This document shows, one piece after another, positions 48,042-57,675 of a stretch of DNA of 64,000 nucleotides. Location: positions 124,001-188,000 of IMG/VR virus record IMGVR_UViG_3300033997_000243; one strand, given 5' to 3'. Under the pieces are notes generated by a model. The model saw nothing but the letters and a program-made list of their open reading frames with translations. It searched no databases and was not told the DNA's origin. The first letter of the stretch is position 1. Every line of letters starts with the position of its first letter. The translations under genes and the position numbers were made by a program.

Positions 48042-48896
48042 TTAATTCCTTAATTCAGATAATGCCTTTGGTAATTGGCTGAGTAATGAACTAACAAATT
48101 CCAAAGTGTACACATTCAGAAGTTGTTCAAATTTTGTAATGCACCAGTTGTAGCGATCCATTTCATGCTGCCTAGATTGCTGGCTATAAATTTTAGTAGA
48201 TTGAGCCTCTACAGCATTTCGTTGGGCACACAACTTTAAAAGCTGTTCTCTATAAACAGAATCATCAAGATCAGCTGGTGTAGGTTGAGGCACTGTTTTA
48301 TTTAGTTTCTCAATCTTTTTGTTTATAAAGCGAACCTTGCCTTTTAAATAAGAGTAGAGTTTTCTGCGCGTATGGTAGCGAGTAACCGGAATGTTTTGGC
48401 AACCCTCTAACCTGAAGTCATTAACGATCATGTCAATAAGACCGTAGATAACTGCACGATTCATTTTAGCTGGAATACCGCAGATTTCATTTAACCGCAT
48501 TTGAATTGCAATTGCAGCCAATTCATTTTCTACTGGCTTAGTTGTTTTAACTGCGTTTACGTTACGATCAAAAACAAACTCAGTTGCAAGATCAAAAGCA
48601 AAGTTGTGAAAACCAAGACGCTTAGGTTTAACATGCAGAAAATGCAGTGCGTGACCTATCTCATGATTTACACTATCCAGATTGTAAGAGGAACTTGTTA
48701 TCAATAGTGGCAAAGTTCCATCACCTTGATAAGCCGATGTCCACGAAAATGTGAGATCAGGATATTTAGATTGAACAAGGGCAAGATGTTTTTCTCTTGC
48801 CTCTTTATTTTTATCATGATCCCAAATAACAGCATCTTCATACGCATCTTTGGCAATCCGTAGTTGATTGAGTTCTTCAAAAGTTGAAACGTACAT
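48042..48896 (-). CDS. putative HExxH zinc metallopeptidase-like protein
   Basis: VNHEIGHALH with downstream ENELAA (candidate third ligand). Confidence 0.55.
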   Translation of the reverse strand: MYVSTFEELNQLRIAKDAYEDAVIWDHDKNKEAREKHLALVQSKYPDLTFSWTSAYQGDGTLPLLITSSSYNLDSVNHEIGHALHFLHVKPKRLGFHNFAFDLATEFVFDRNVNAVKTTKPVENELAAIAIQMRLNEICGIPAKMNRAVIYGLIDMIVNDFRLEGCQNIPVTRYHTRRKLYSYLKGKVRFINKKIEKLNKTVPQPTPADLDDSVYREQLLKLCAQRNAVEAQSTKIYSQQSRQHEMDRYNWCITKFEQLLNVYTLEFVSSLLSQLPKALSELRN

Positions 48897-49273
48897 TAGA
48901 CTATCCTTCTAACAAACATTGCACCTAATTGCAGAATAGTGATAACAACCATAAGACTTGTAAAAATGTCAAAGATTCTTATCTCATGCCATTCAACATC
49001 TAATTGCTTTGTGAGTTTATCTAGCTGACCCGCAGCACATTCTTGAATTCTTTTGCGTCTGCTAAACAAATATTTTGTATTAAACCATGTTAATGCAGAC
49101 ACCAGAACAAGATAAATCATAATGCTGACGGTAAGCCAAGCATCCACAAAAAGTTTGCTAACTGTTTCGCGGCAAACTTCTGTATACAACAAAGCACAAC
49201 AAGTAACAGCTGCAAAACAGCCAAAAGCTTTTGCTATGGCTATTACTATGCTTTTATACCTTTCATAATCCAT
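48896..49273 (-). CDS. membrane protein
   Basis: Three TMs; start moved to MDYERY (AAGGAG). Confidence 0.8.
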   Translation of the reverse strand: MDYERYKSIVIAIAKAFGCFAAVTCCALLYTEVCRETVSKLFVDAWLTVSIMIYLVLVSALTWFNTKYLFSRRKRIQECAAGQLDKLTKQLDVEWHEIRIFDIFTSLMVVITILQLGAMFVRRIV

Positions 49274-49284
49274 AGCAATGCTCC

Positions 49285-50088
49285 TTAGAATTTTTCGAGG
49301 CGAGTCAGCCACTCTGCTTCTGGAAAACTAGCTGACGCTGGATTGTACGCATACATAACCAAAGTTTCAGTTGTGTTAGCTGTTAGCTTTACTATAAGGT
49401 AATCCCTTACAATAAAGTCGTCGGGTTCCCATGAAGCTTTAGTTTGATCTTCAATAATCAATTGAAAAACCAACCGGACTTCTTTCTGACCGTACTCCTC
49501 AAAGGCTTTAGATATGCACTTTGAATTTATGTCCTGCAATAGTTGGTTTGTTTTATCGTCAAACACATACAACTTCATGTTTTTTGAATTTCGGCAGGTA
49601 AAGGAACCTAACTTCAATGCTCTTTCTAAATACAGATAAAGCGTTCGTACTTCACGCAAAGAAGCACATTGATTCAGCACATGCTGCATAGCATTGCAGA
49701 ACGGCTCTGGATTCTTAGCGCTGATCATGCTCATAGTTTTTTCTATGGTCAAGTTCCATTCAGTGCCAGTCAATTCAGATTGATGTGTTTGAAACTTTTC
49801 TAACATCTTGAGTTTCTCACATTCTAATCTGAGATTTAACTTAAGATAGTTGTAGGCCATAGAAAGGGTTGGGCCATCGAAAATCTGATTTACAAACGAT
49901 TCAGTGAATACCGGATCTTTTGTTAAACTACCTATGATAGAATCCTTCATCAGCTTTTCTAACATTTGACGCTGTTCAGCTGTTTCAAGATCATTCATGC
50001 AGCTGATTAAAACTTTGGCGTCAACAACTTTTGTTATTTCTTCCAAAGCACGACTAATTAAAAACAGTATATCAAAACCTTTAGACAT
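49285..50088 (-). CDS. hypothetical protein (paralog of 25911..26744)
   Basis: HV.NQC...Y.ERA..LG and FEEYG..EV.LVF...D.T..SW..DD shared. Confidence 0.85.
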   Translation of the reverse strand: MSKGFDILFLISRALEEITKVVDAKVLISCMNDLETAEQRQMLEKLMKDSIIGSLTKDPVFTESFVNQIFDGPTLSMAYNYLKLNLRLECEKLKMLEKFQTHQSELTGTEWNLTIEKTMSMISAKNPEPFCNAMQHVLNQCASLREVRTLYLYLERALKLGSFTCRNSKNMKLYVFDDKTNQLLQDINSKCISKAFEEYGQKEVRLVFQLIIEDQTKASWEPDDFIVRDYLIVKLTANTTETLVMYAYNPASASFPEAEWLTRLEKF

Positions 50089-50100
50089 TTTTAATTCCCC

Positions 50101-50436
50101 TTAAAGAAATTTGCGTAGCCAGCGTTTAACACGGCTCACAACAATAGTTGGATCATAGCGACCTTCTGGCGGAAAGTTGTCGTTTATTAATCGCGTTAAA
50201 TATTCGGCCAACTTTTTGTCGGCAATTGGAACAGCTTTACTAAAGTCGTGAGCATCATGTTTGTACACAACACCTAAAGCGCAATTGTGTCTGGTAAATC
50301 TGTAGTGACTTAATCCGACACGTATGTAATAAAAATGCTCACCTAACCTCCGTTGAAATAAAATTCGGACGGTAAAAAGTTTGTAGATTAGACAAGCAAA
50401 CATCAAAACGATAAGTGTAAGAAATACATAGTCCAC
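50101..50436 (-). CDS. membrane-anchored protein (tandem paralog)
   Basis: TM then IRVGLSHY...KKLAEY...KRWLRKF. Confidence 0.8.
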   Translation of the reverse strand: MDYVFLTLIVLMFACLIYKLFTVRILFQRRLGEHFYYIRVGLSHYRFTRHNCALGVVYKHDAHDFSKAVPIADKKLAEYLTRLINDNFPPEGRYDPTIVVSRVKRWLRKFL

Positions 50437-50447
50437 TATAAAGTTCC

Positions 50448-50771
50448 TTACCAGTAAAATTTACGCAAGAAGCGTTTGGTCTTAGCTTGATCCGGCATCA
50501 CATCTTTAAAATGTGTGAACACTAAATCTATGACGTAGGTTTCCAACTTTTTGCTATCAACCAAAATTTCATCGTAGCAAAAATCATCATCTATTCGGTA
50601 AACAGAAAGATTCCCAGTTTCACTAGATCTGCGAATGACATAGTTCGACCAGCCTACACGAATGGTTAATGCACCAGTACGATCTTGATGCAAACAAACA
50701 CTTAATACTCTATACAGGCCAAGCACAAAAATAATGGCTGGAATAGATAAAGCAAAATACATTATATTCAT
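50448..50771 (-). CDS. membrane-anchored protein (tandem paralog)
   Basis: TM then IRVGWSNY...KKLETY...KRFLRKF. Confidence 0.8.
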   Translation of the reverse strand: MNIMYFALSIPAIIFVLGLYRVLSVCLHQDRTGALTIRVGWSNYVIRRSSETGNLSVYRIDDDFCYDEILVDSKKLETYVIDLVFTHFKDVMPDQAKTKRFLRKFYW

Positions 50772-51049
50772 TTGCTTACTCCAAGATTAAATTTGTGCAT
50801 GTGTTCTTTGGCCCAATGTCCTTGTGGAAAACCATTACTGATAACACAGGCCATAGTTGCTTCACAGAGAAAAACAAGGTCATCAAAATTTGCGGTTGTT
50901 GTTTTAGATTTGGCTGCAAGCGTGTATTCATGGATAACACCGTTTGCGTCCACAACATGGTTAATATTGACTTTGTGGTTATTCTGTTTTGCAATTACTT
51001 GCTTAAGCGCTTTTTGTTTTTCACTATAAAAGAAATAAAGGGTTTCCAT
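50768..51049 (-). CDS. hypothetical protein
   Basis: AAGGA RBS. Confidence 0.8.
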   Translation of the reverse strand: METLYFFYSEKQKALKQVIAKQNNHKVNINHVVDANGVIHEYTLAAKSKTTTANFDDLVFLCEATMACVISNGFPQGHWAKEHMHKFNLGVSK

Positions 51050-51557
51050 TTATCGTCCTTACATTTGATTCAAGTTTTTCTATGGCCGCGAAAAGTTTAT
51101 TCAGTTCAGCCACAATCTTTTTAACCTGAGCTTTAGTTTGTTTAATACTTTTGTCTGTATCAGGATACCAACTAATACTTTGACTACAGCAAGAAATTTT
51201 AAGGCCCAAACTAATTTCAATGGCTCCACGTTTCTTAAGGTAAGTAATCATGGAACCAGAGTAAGTGCTTGTTTCTGGATTTAACCAAGAACGTAAAGTA
51301 AATTCTTCATCTACTTTAGGATCTATATGAAGAAACCTATCCAACATAGTCAATACGATTTTAAGTTTGTTTTTAAAATCGGTTGAACAACAGCTTGGAT
51401 TTTTATCATCGCTGTGTATGTGAATAGTGTTGTTTCCATTGGTTAATTCAAAATATGCTTGAACACATTCTGTTGTGGCCCAAGCACTCCAACGAATTGC
51501 ATGAAAAGTTTTAGGATCTAACCATGCACGGTTTCTAATTGGCTCCATGTAACTCAT
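51024..51557 (-). CDS. hypothetical protein with internal duplication
   Basis: RAWLDP...helix and RSWLNP...helix. Confidence 0.8.
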   Translation of the reverse strand: MSYMEPIRNRAWLDPKTFHAIRWSAWATTECVQAYFELTNGNNTIHIHSDDKNPSCCSTDFKNKLKIVLTMLDRFLHIDPKVDEEFTLRSWLNPETSTYSGSMITYLKKRGAIEISLGLKISCCSQSISWYPDTDKSIKQTKAQVKKIVAELNKLFAAIEKLESNVRTINGNPLFLL

Positions 51558-51560
51558 AAA

Positions 51561-52406
51561 CTATTTAACCTCGAACACGTACAGTATAATGCAATGAGTT
51601 ACCACTGATAAAACAATGGCTACTAAATTCAACATCCGAGCTTTCAATAATTTTCGGCCCCATTCAGCAATTTTATCTGTTAGCAAAGTGCCTGAACTTG
51701 CCGAAAAACTTTGATAAGTTTCAGTTAACCAGAGTTTTATTCTGCGTTGATGAAGTTTTTCATGTATAAGGGTCGAGGCCACAAAAAATATGTTTAGTGA
51801 GAGCGTTAAGTAGATTGCCCAACTTTGTACTGTATAACCTAAATCCATCAAATTAGATCTGGCGTACACATAAACACATACCATAGTTAATATTGAAAGA
51901 TTACCAATAGCGTTCGCAAGTAAAACACGAGAAAGTGTCAACCAATTTTGATCGTTGTTCAACAATTCTTCTTTCAAACTTTTTGCGGTATCTGAAGAAT
52001 CACCTACGTTTTCAGAAGTCAAGTCAGCAGCTGTAACCGAATAGTTTGCTGAAATATTATGATTCTTTGTCACAGTCCACTTAGGTAGAAAGTTTTGGAA
52101 GTCGAATTTAATTCTGAAAAGATCAGCCGGACATCCTTTAAATTCGTAATGAACTGTGCTTCCACTTGCACCCGTAAAATTGCTGAATTTAAAGCAACCT
52201 AAAAACGTAAGCCAGAAAACTTTGTAGCCATGCTTTTTTAAATAGTCTTTCTTCAAACACACGTTACGCAACAGCACGAAAAACATTGTGCAGGATATTT
52301 TTAGGTAGTCCCACAGCCCCCACAGTAAAATGAATGCAACGAAGGCTACACACAACCAACCAAAGACCTGAACAAGTCCATCAACTAAAGCTAAAATGGT
52401 TTCCAT
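51561..52406 (-). CDS. multi-pass membrane protein
   Basis: Several TMs; AGAGGA RBS. Confidence 0.85.
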   Translation of the reverse strand: METILALVDGLVQVFGWLCVAFVAFILLWGLWDYLKISCTMFFVLLRNVCLKKDYLKKHGYKVFWLTFLGCFKFSNFTGASGSTVHYEFKGCPADLFRIKFDFQNFLPKWTVTKNHNISANYSVTAADLTSENVGDSSDTAKSLKEELLNNDQNWLTLSRVLLANAIGNLSILTMVCVYVYARSNLMDLGYTVQSWAIYLTLSLNIFFVASTLIHEKLHQRRIKLWLTETYQSFSASSGTLLTDKIAEWGRKLLKARMLNLVAIVLSVVTHCIILYVFEVK

Positions 52407-52427
52407 AATACTATCCTCTAAAAAGAT

Positions 52428-53060
52428 TTATTTAAGGTTTGCCGCGAACGTCAAACTATGCCGCTGGATTGCCTCAAGTGGCGTTGCTGCGTATGGCCCA
52501 ACATCAATACGTTCGTCAGTGTGAAGCATTGTTATTGTATGCCAGTAGCGATGATCTTCTTTCATTGGATCAGCATTCACCACCAGTTCTGCAATAAAAT
52601 CTTTGCAATACGCAACAGCAGAAATTTCAGAATCAGTTGCCTTTATTTTATATTGGGGGTATTGCAATACAAATTCAGCAAGCAACTCATCTGACTTTAA
52701 ATTTGCGACATCAAACTGCAAAGTTGGAAAAAGTTGTTTAAGAATTACATTACTTAGCTGAGATTTTCCTGCGTCAGACGTACCAGCAATGACCAACATT
52801 TCACCTCTACGCAAACCGCCGTTTACTACAACCTCACCACCGTACCATTCACCGAGCTTTTGGGCCAATGATTGCGGAGGAATACTTATGTCTGTTAAAG
52901 AAAGTCCATCGTTTTGTGGTGCAGGAATTGGCTCACCAATTTTTTCAAACATTTCCCGTGCTTGAGCCAAAGTAAGTTCATGCGTTGGCATATGAACAGC
53001 AGATTCAATATGTTTTGGCAAAGCAGTTCTTTTCACTTGTTTTTTAAGATGCGGTTTCAT
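52428..53060 (-). CDS. hypothetical protein with orphan DnaB/RecA-type Walker A segment
   Basis: GGLRRGEMLVIAGTSDAGKSQL; AGGAG RBS. Confidence 0.8.
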   Translation of the reverse strand: MKPHLKKQVKRTALPKHIESAVHMPTHELTLAQAREMFEKIGEPIPAPQNDGLSLTDISIPPQSLAQKLGEWYGGEVVVNGGLRRGEMLVIAGTSDAGKSQLSNVILKQLFPTLQFDVANLKSDELLAEFVLQYPQYKIKATDSEISAVAYCKDFIAELVVNADPMKEDHRYWHTITMLHTDERIDVGPYAATPLEAIQRHSLTFAANLK

Positions 53061-53069
53061 AATATTCTC

Positions 53070-53495
53070 CTATATTAAAATTCGACGATGCGGGTAGTAA
53101 CTCATTAAAATATTACCAGACCCGATTAAACCACTTACCGCAGATTTGATTTCGTACTTATCCCACAAACTTTTTGCAAACGCATCAACAATGAATATAG
53201 GTAAATGGTCTAACACAACATAATCATATTTACCTTGGTAAAATTCAGAGATCACATATTTGGCCGCATAGTTTAAGGCTGAACGTGCGTAAGGGCAATG
53301 ATCTTTTCCAGCGGCTGCCTCGAAAAGATCTTGAGTTAATATCTCTGGATTAACGGTCAAAACAAAACTTTCATTCATTGCCTTTCTGTTGGCTTCGCTT
53401 AAAAGTCCAGCACGATGTCCAGACTTTTCTATTGAGTAATGTGTATCACCAAACTCAGAAAGAAACAAAAAGTTTAACGTATTTATTAATTGCAT
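53070..53495 (-). CDS. hypothetical protein (paralog of 58186..58587)
   Basis: YDYVVLDHLPIFIV vs PDYVLVDGIPLFFV. Confidence 0.8.
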   Translation of the reverse strand: MQLINTLNFLFLSEFGDTHYSIEKSGHRAGLLSEANRKAMNESFVLTVNPEILTQDLFEAAAGKDHCPYARSALNYAAKYVISEFYQGKYDYVVLDHLPIFIVDAFAKSLWDKYEIKSAVSGLIGSGNILMSYYPHRRILI

Positions 53496-53556
53496 AATAT
53501 TCTCCTTTAAGAATTTTTGATTGCGTACACTAAAGTAATGTACGCTACAAACAAAC

Positions 53557-53985
53557 TTATTCGGTTTGAGAAGAAAGTTTCACCATTACAAAAGGAACTC
53601 CGCCGGGTAAACTGGAATTTCTTTCCCGTGGCGTTAAAGTCAGTAACTCAAGTGCAACGCCAAGACATACAAGTTGATCAACAATTCTTTGTTGGCCAGT
53701 CCAGAGCGCACCACTTTTATCAGCACACATATTCAGAAAAGTTTCACCTTCAGTTCTTCTGAAAGAATCATCCAGTTGATTTAACATATCAACAACAGAT
53801 TCTTTGTGGCCGCGACAACGCTCTGGATGAAAGCCAACTTTTGTGACAACACCTGAACCTAAAAGATAAGTGCCTTCTTCAAGAATTGGCCCTTTGTCAG
53901 CAACTTCCTCTCCACGAAAAAGAGAATCAAGAAAAATTGCTGTCACGTTTTCTGACGTAAGTTTCATTACATTTTGTTTGGTCAT
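53557..53985 (-). CDS. conserved hypothetical phage protein
   Basis: FHPER...MLNQL...F...TFLNMC.D..G..WTG pattern; GGAG RBS. Confidence 0.85.
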   Translation of the reverse strand: MTKQNVMKLTSENVTAIFLDSLFRGEEVADKGPILEEGTYLLGSGVVTKVGFHPERCRGHKESVVDMLNQLDDSFRRTEGETFLNMCADKSGALWTGQQRIVDQLVCLGVALELLTLTPRERNSSLPGGVPFVMVKLSSQTE

Positions 53986-53997
53986 ACATTTCTCCAA

Positions 53998-54309
53998 TTA
54001 ATCTTTTTTCCAATTACCATCAACGTAAGTGTAAGTACCTTCACCAACTTTGCAGTAAAAATCTAAGGCAGATATGGCTCCTTGGCCGTAACCTGCTTTG
54101 TTGCAAGCATCTGCAATAGTTGCACCCCTTACAACCTCTTTTTTACCACCAATAAAGTAAAGAGTGAATTCGTGAACGTCTGGCGTATTAGTCAGCACAA
54201 CAGCACGATCAATAACTTCCTGATCCACAACCAGAGTCACAGTTCCGTTAGCTTTATTAACGGTAAAAGTTGACGCCAGTATTTGCTTTAAAATTTCTTT
54301 TGCTTCCAT
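53998..54309 (-). CDS. conserved hypothetical phage protein
   Basis: FTLYF..GKKEVV.G.TIADA...AGYG.GA..ALDFY. Confidence 0.85.
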   Translation of the reverse strand: MEAKEILKQILASTFTVNKANGTVTLVVDQEVIDRAVVLTNTPDVHEFTLYFIGGKKEVVRGATIADACNKAGYGQGAISALDFYCKVGEGTYTYVDGNWKKD

Positions 54310-54342
54310 TTTGTTATCCTCTTTTTGTCAAGTACAATTGTT

Positions 54343-54382
54343 TTCATTGAGTACACTGAATGCAATGTACTCTAGTAAACAA
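54343..54382 (-). repeat. conserved post-stop hairpin, copy 4
   Basis: GAGUACA-UUGCAUUCAG-UGUACUC, 10 nt after the UAG; compensatory changes relative to copy 1. Confidence 0.6.
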
Positions 54383-54727
54383 CTATGCCAGCGGGTCATA
54401 GCCAAGGACGCCAACTCGTGCATCACGAACTTTTTCATCAGATCCATCTGCATAACGATCTGGTGATTCATCAGAAGTAAAATAATCGTAAAGCTTTTCA
54501 GCATCAACGATTGATCTCAGACCGAAAGAAAGATTTTCATCCTGACTTTCCAGCCAAGCGGTAATATCACTCATTCTTTCCGCAATGTTTACACGTTGTT
54601 TTGGTGACTGAGCAGCCCGAACTTTTTTCGCATCTGTTCCAGTCACATTGTCGATTGCATCCAAAGCAGATTGTTGAATTGCTTTGGCTTCTTCTTTCGT
54701 TGGTTTGCGAACTTTTTTATCGGACAT
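54383..54727 (-). CDS. hypothetical protein
   Basis: AAGGAG RBS. Confidence 0.85.
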   Translation of the reverse strand: MSDKKVRKPTKEEAKAIQQSALDAIDNVTGTDAKKVRAAQSPKQRVNIAERMSDITAWLESQDENLSFGLRSIVDAEKLYDYFTSDESPDRYADGSDEKVRDARVGVLGYDPLA

Positions 54728-54750
54728 ACATTGCTCTCCTTTAATAAAAA

Positions 54751-55314
54751 CTACTTTAAAAGTTTAATACGCTGATCTAAAAATGTTTGTAACACACCTT
54801 CGTCAGCCAATTCACAATAATCGTCATCGTACTCTGTTGGATTTAACGCTGAGATTAAAAGATCGTCAGTAAACTCCACTTTGAAAATATCCTGTTTATA
54901 AACAGCTGGAATTTCGCAACCTAGTATGTAAGACACACAGGTAACAACATTATGTCTTACGTACATAATCTGGAAGGAAAGAAGTTCTGAACATTCGTAA
55001 ATTGAACAGAGTTCTTTGTAAACTTTCAATCCAAAATTCAAAATGAAATCTGGCTGCCCAACAAAGTTCGGCATAGGTCTGTATATTCTTTTTACGTTCA
55101 ATGAAGCACTGGATTTTGAATCTTTAAGAAAACATTCGATTACAACTGGCAAAGTATCTACTTTGTTTTCTTTAAGCTTGCTGTTCCAGTCCTCTATAAA
55201 AAAGTCGGAATCTACAAATCTAGCTGCCGCATGTAAGTGACCGCTTTGATCATCCATGTCATCGATTTTAATAGTGAAAAGTTTGCGATTTATTGAGTTA
55301 GCTGAATTATTCAT
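54751..55314 (-). CDS. hypothetical protein
   Basis: Start moved to MNNSANS (AAGGT); first gene after promoter P3. Confidence 0.8.
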   Translation of the reverse strand: MNNSANSINRKLFTIKIDDMDDQSGHLHAAARFVDSDFFIEDWNSKLKENKVDTLPVVIECFLKDSKSSASLNVKRIYRPMPNFVGQPDFILNFGLKVYKELCSIYECSELLSFQIMYVRHNVVTCVSYILGCEIPAVYKQDIFKVEFTDDLLISALNPTEYDDDYCELADEGVLQTFLDQRIKLLK

Positions 55315-55358
55315 TTGTCTTACCTTACTTAGATTTAAAGCACTATTGCTTTGTTTCA

Positions 55359-55445
55359 ATGTGCCTATTATAGCAAAATAGGGGCTGATCAACAACCCCT
55401 ATTTTTGACACGCCTCGATCAGTTCAGCTACTTTCAACGATTTTT
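55359..55445 (-). promoter_or_regulatory. sigma70-type promoter/terminator/operator element P3
   Basis: TTGTTG-17-TATAAT with extended TG; AAATAGGGG...CCCCTATTT hairpin; TGATCGAGGCGTGTCAAAAA; near-identical flanks to P1. Confidence 0.85.
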
Positions 55446-55446
55446 G

Positions 55447-57666
55447 TTAGTTTCCCTTAACCGGCAAATGTTCTCCAATACGCGCTATCCATAATACACC
55501 GTCAATGATTTTGAAGTGAACTTGAATAGTAGCATCTTCACTGCGACGAGTACCAAGCGTTAAATGCTGGATAAAAGTTTGCGGCTTTCCTTCAACATTA
55601 AATACACGCATTGCACTCAATACTTTGTTAGTCATTACAACTTCGCTTTCGTTGGCTTTGTATTTGTTGCCAAGAATATCCATCGCTTCTGAATCAGGAA
55701 TACCTGAAGTGATTGCTTGAAAGTAAGGCCCACACAAACGAACCAACATTTTTAAAAGTTTACGTGGATGGCGATACGTATTGCTTTCCAGATTCGACAT
55801 ATCCAGAAAGCGAGTGGCCGGAAACATTTCTTTGATGATTGTAACTACATCACACAAAGTTGGTTCATCCGTTAACGCATTTAATGTTGCATCCGTATAT
55901 TTGGCAACAACAATACTTTCTTGCGTTTCGTGTTTCTTGCTAAGCTTGTTTTTGAGATCCGCTATTTCAAGCAACAGATCTTTATTCTCAAGAAGTACCA
56001 ATTGAAGTTCATCAGTTTTTTCCGTAGAAACTTCTTTTGGATCTTCTGATTTCAAAACATACTTTTCAGCAATCAACACGTATTCGTTGGCGCTAACAAC
56101 CAAAGTATCTATCCATGATTCTACTCGCATTACAGACAAAGCAAGTGAATCCGAACAATCCACCATTTCCACAATAATATCTTGCTTGTGTGCAACGTCT
56201 TTAGCGGCGGCCAGAGTAGCAGTCAATTCGCTAAGACGTTTATCAGACTCAAGTGCTTTGCTGAAGTGCTCCAAGAAAAGTCGTTCAGATTGTGCGTCAG
56301 ACTTTCCTAAAGATTCATCTGTAACCCGAAGTTCGATAGGGCCACGAATTTCAGTTAACAACTCTTCACCGCGAGAAGGATCAAGTTGCAGACTTTCTAC
56401 GTATTCGATCTGAAGTTTGATGTTCGCATGTTTTGCCTTCAGGTTTTCCATTGTCTGAGTTAAAAGGTTATTTACTTCTCCACTCTTTTCAATGTCGGCC
56501 AAGTGTGAATATGCACTTGACAGATTTTCGGTTATGGCCTTGAAGTCACTTATCAAAGTTTTCTTGGCCGTTTCATCCAGACCAAAGTAAGACCGCAAAT
56601 CAACTTTATCCAGAAGCGCAAACTTTTTCTTGGCTTCCAAAAGTCTATCAAGTTGTTCATCAATTTCTTCATCAATAAACTTCAGGCCGCAATCGGCAGC
56701 AACTTCAAAAAGAACTCTGTCAACTTCACCAAAGTCAAAACCTTTGGTTCTGGCTTCCAGCATTTCTTTTGAGTTACCCAACTTTCCAATTACAGTGCGT
56801 TCATCTAATTGAGGCCAATTACGAACGTAGAAAGCCCAAATAGAAAACGTACAGGTAAATGTTGAGCTAATAAATGCGAGGAAAAGTAAACACGCATTCA
56901 ACCTGTTTAACTCAGTATTTTCATCGTGAGTTTTACACTCTTCGATCAAATACTCAAAATAAAAGGCCGCAGCGTTAACCATTTGTTTGCATGTATTATA
57001 TTCGCGCAAAGGCAACATATTGAAAAGCGAATTAATAAAGCTGGAATTAGCTTTCAAAGTTTTTGCTTCAGCGTATTCAGGCAACTTAGGCCAGCCTAAA
57101 ATATTTATGGCTGCTCTCAACATTCTCATTGACCATGCGTAATTCCATTTATCCGCAGATCTTTTTAATGGAACGGCAAACTGCATAAAGAACAAACAAT
57201 CTTCTTTGGTCTGCAATTCAGATTGATTACGAGCATGTCTTGGATAGCCGCCAACTGTCATCATTTCGTCAATCAAACGAATCGGCGCTTTACTATCCGC
57301 AAGAACACCAAGTTCTTTCATCAGTTTAAAAAAGTTGATCTGTTTTGGATACTCACCAAAATAAAATCTTGGGAAAGCAGCGGTTGCCACAATCTTTGAC
57401 ATCAGTTCGTCATTTTCCTCAGACGTAACAACAAGATGTGCGTACTTATCCGTGTTATGTTCGTAAGGAATTGAAAACAATGTAGGATCTTGAATACACT
57501 GTTTAAAGTTGCTGAGTAAAAGTTTGATTCGATTTTTGCGTACAGCCTCTTCAGGATCTTTTCCTGAAAACAAATCGATAACTTCTATAGAAACACCACT
57601 TTCTTGCAATGACTTAACATCTAAGCCTTTGCTGCGTAGAAGATCTAACGTAGCTTTAGAATCCAT
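55447..57666 (-). CDS. large coiled-coil protein with C-terminal RelE/ParE-like domain
   Basis: Ends RVFNVEG..QTFIQHLTLG....TIQVHFKI..GVLWIARIGEHLP; central heptad-rich region. Confidence 0.55.
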   Translation of the reverse strand: MDSKATLDLLRSKGLDVKSLQESGVSIEVIDLFSGKDPEEAVRKNRIKLLLSNFKQCIQDPTLFSIPYEHNTDKYAHLVVTSEENDELMSKIVATAAFPRFYFGEYPKQINFFKLMKELGVLADSKAPIRLIDEMMTVGGYPRHARNQSELQTKEDCLFFMQFAVPLKRSADKWNYAWSMRMLRAAINILGWPKLPEYAEAKTLKANSSFINSLFNMLPLREYNTCKQMVNAAAFYFEYLIEECKTHDENTELNRLNACLLFLAFISSTFTCTFSIWAFYVRNWPQLDERTVIGKLGNSKEMLEARTKGFDFGEVDRVLFEVAADCGLKFIDEEIDEQLDRLLEAKKKFALLDKVDLRSYFGLDETAKKTLISDFKAITENLSSAYSHLADIEKSGEVNNLLTQTMENLKAKHANIKLQIEYVESLQLDPSRGEELLTEIRGPIELRVTDESLGKSDAQSERLFLEHFSKALESDKRLSELTATLAAAKDVAHKQDIIVEMVDCSDSLALSVMRVESWIDTLVVSANEYVLIAEKYVLKSEDPKEVSTEKTDELQLVLLENKDLLLEIADLKNKLSKKHETQESIVVAKYTDATLNALTDEPTLCDVVTIIKEMFPATRFLDMSNLESNTYRHPRKLLKMLVRLCGPYFQAITSGIPDSEAMDILGNKYKANESEVVMTNKVLSAMRVFNVEGKPQTFIQHLTLGTRRSEDATIQVHFKIIDGVLWIARIGEHLPVKGN

Positions 57667-57675
57667 TTTCTTTCC

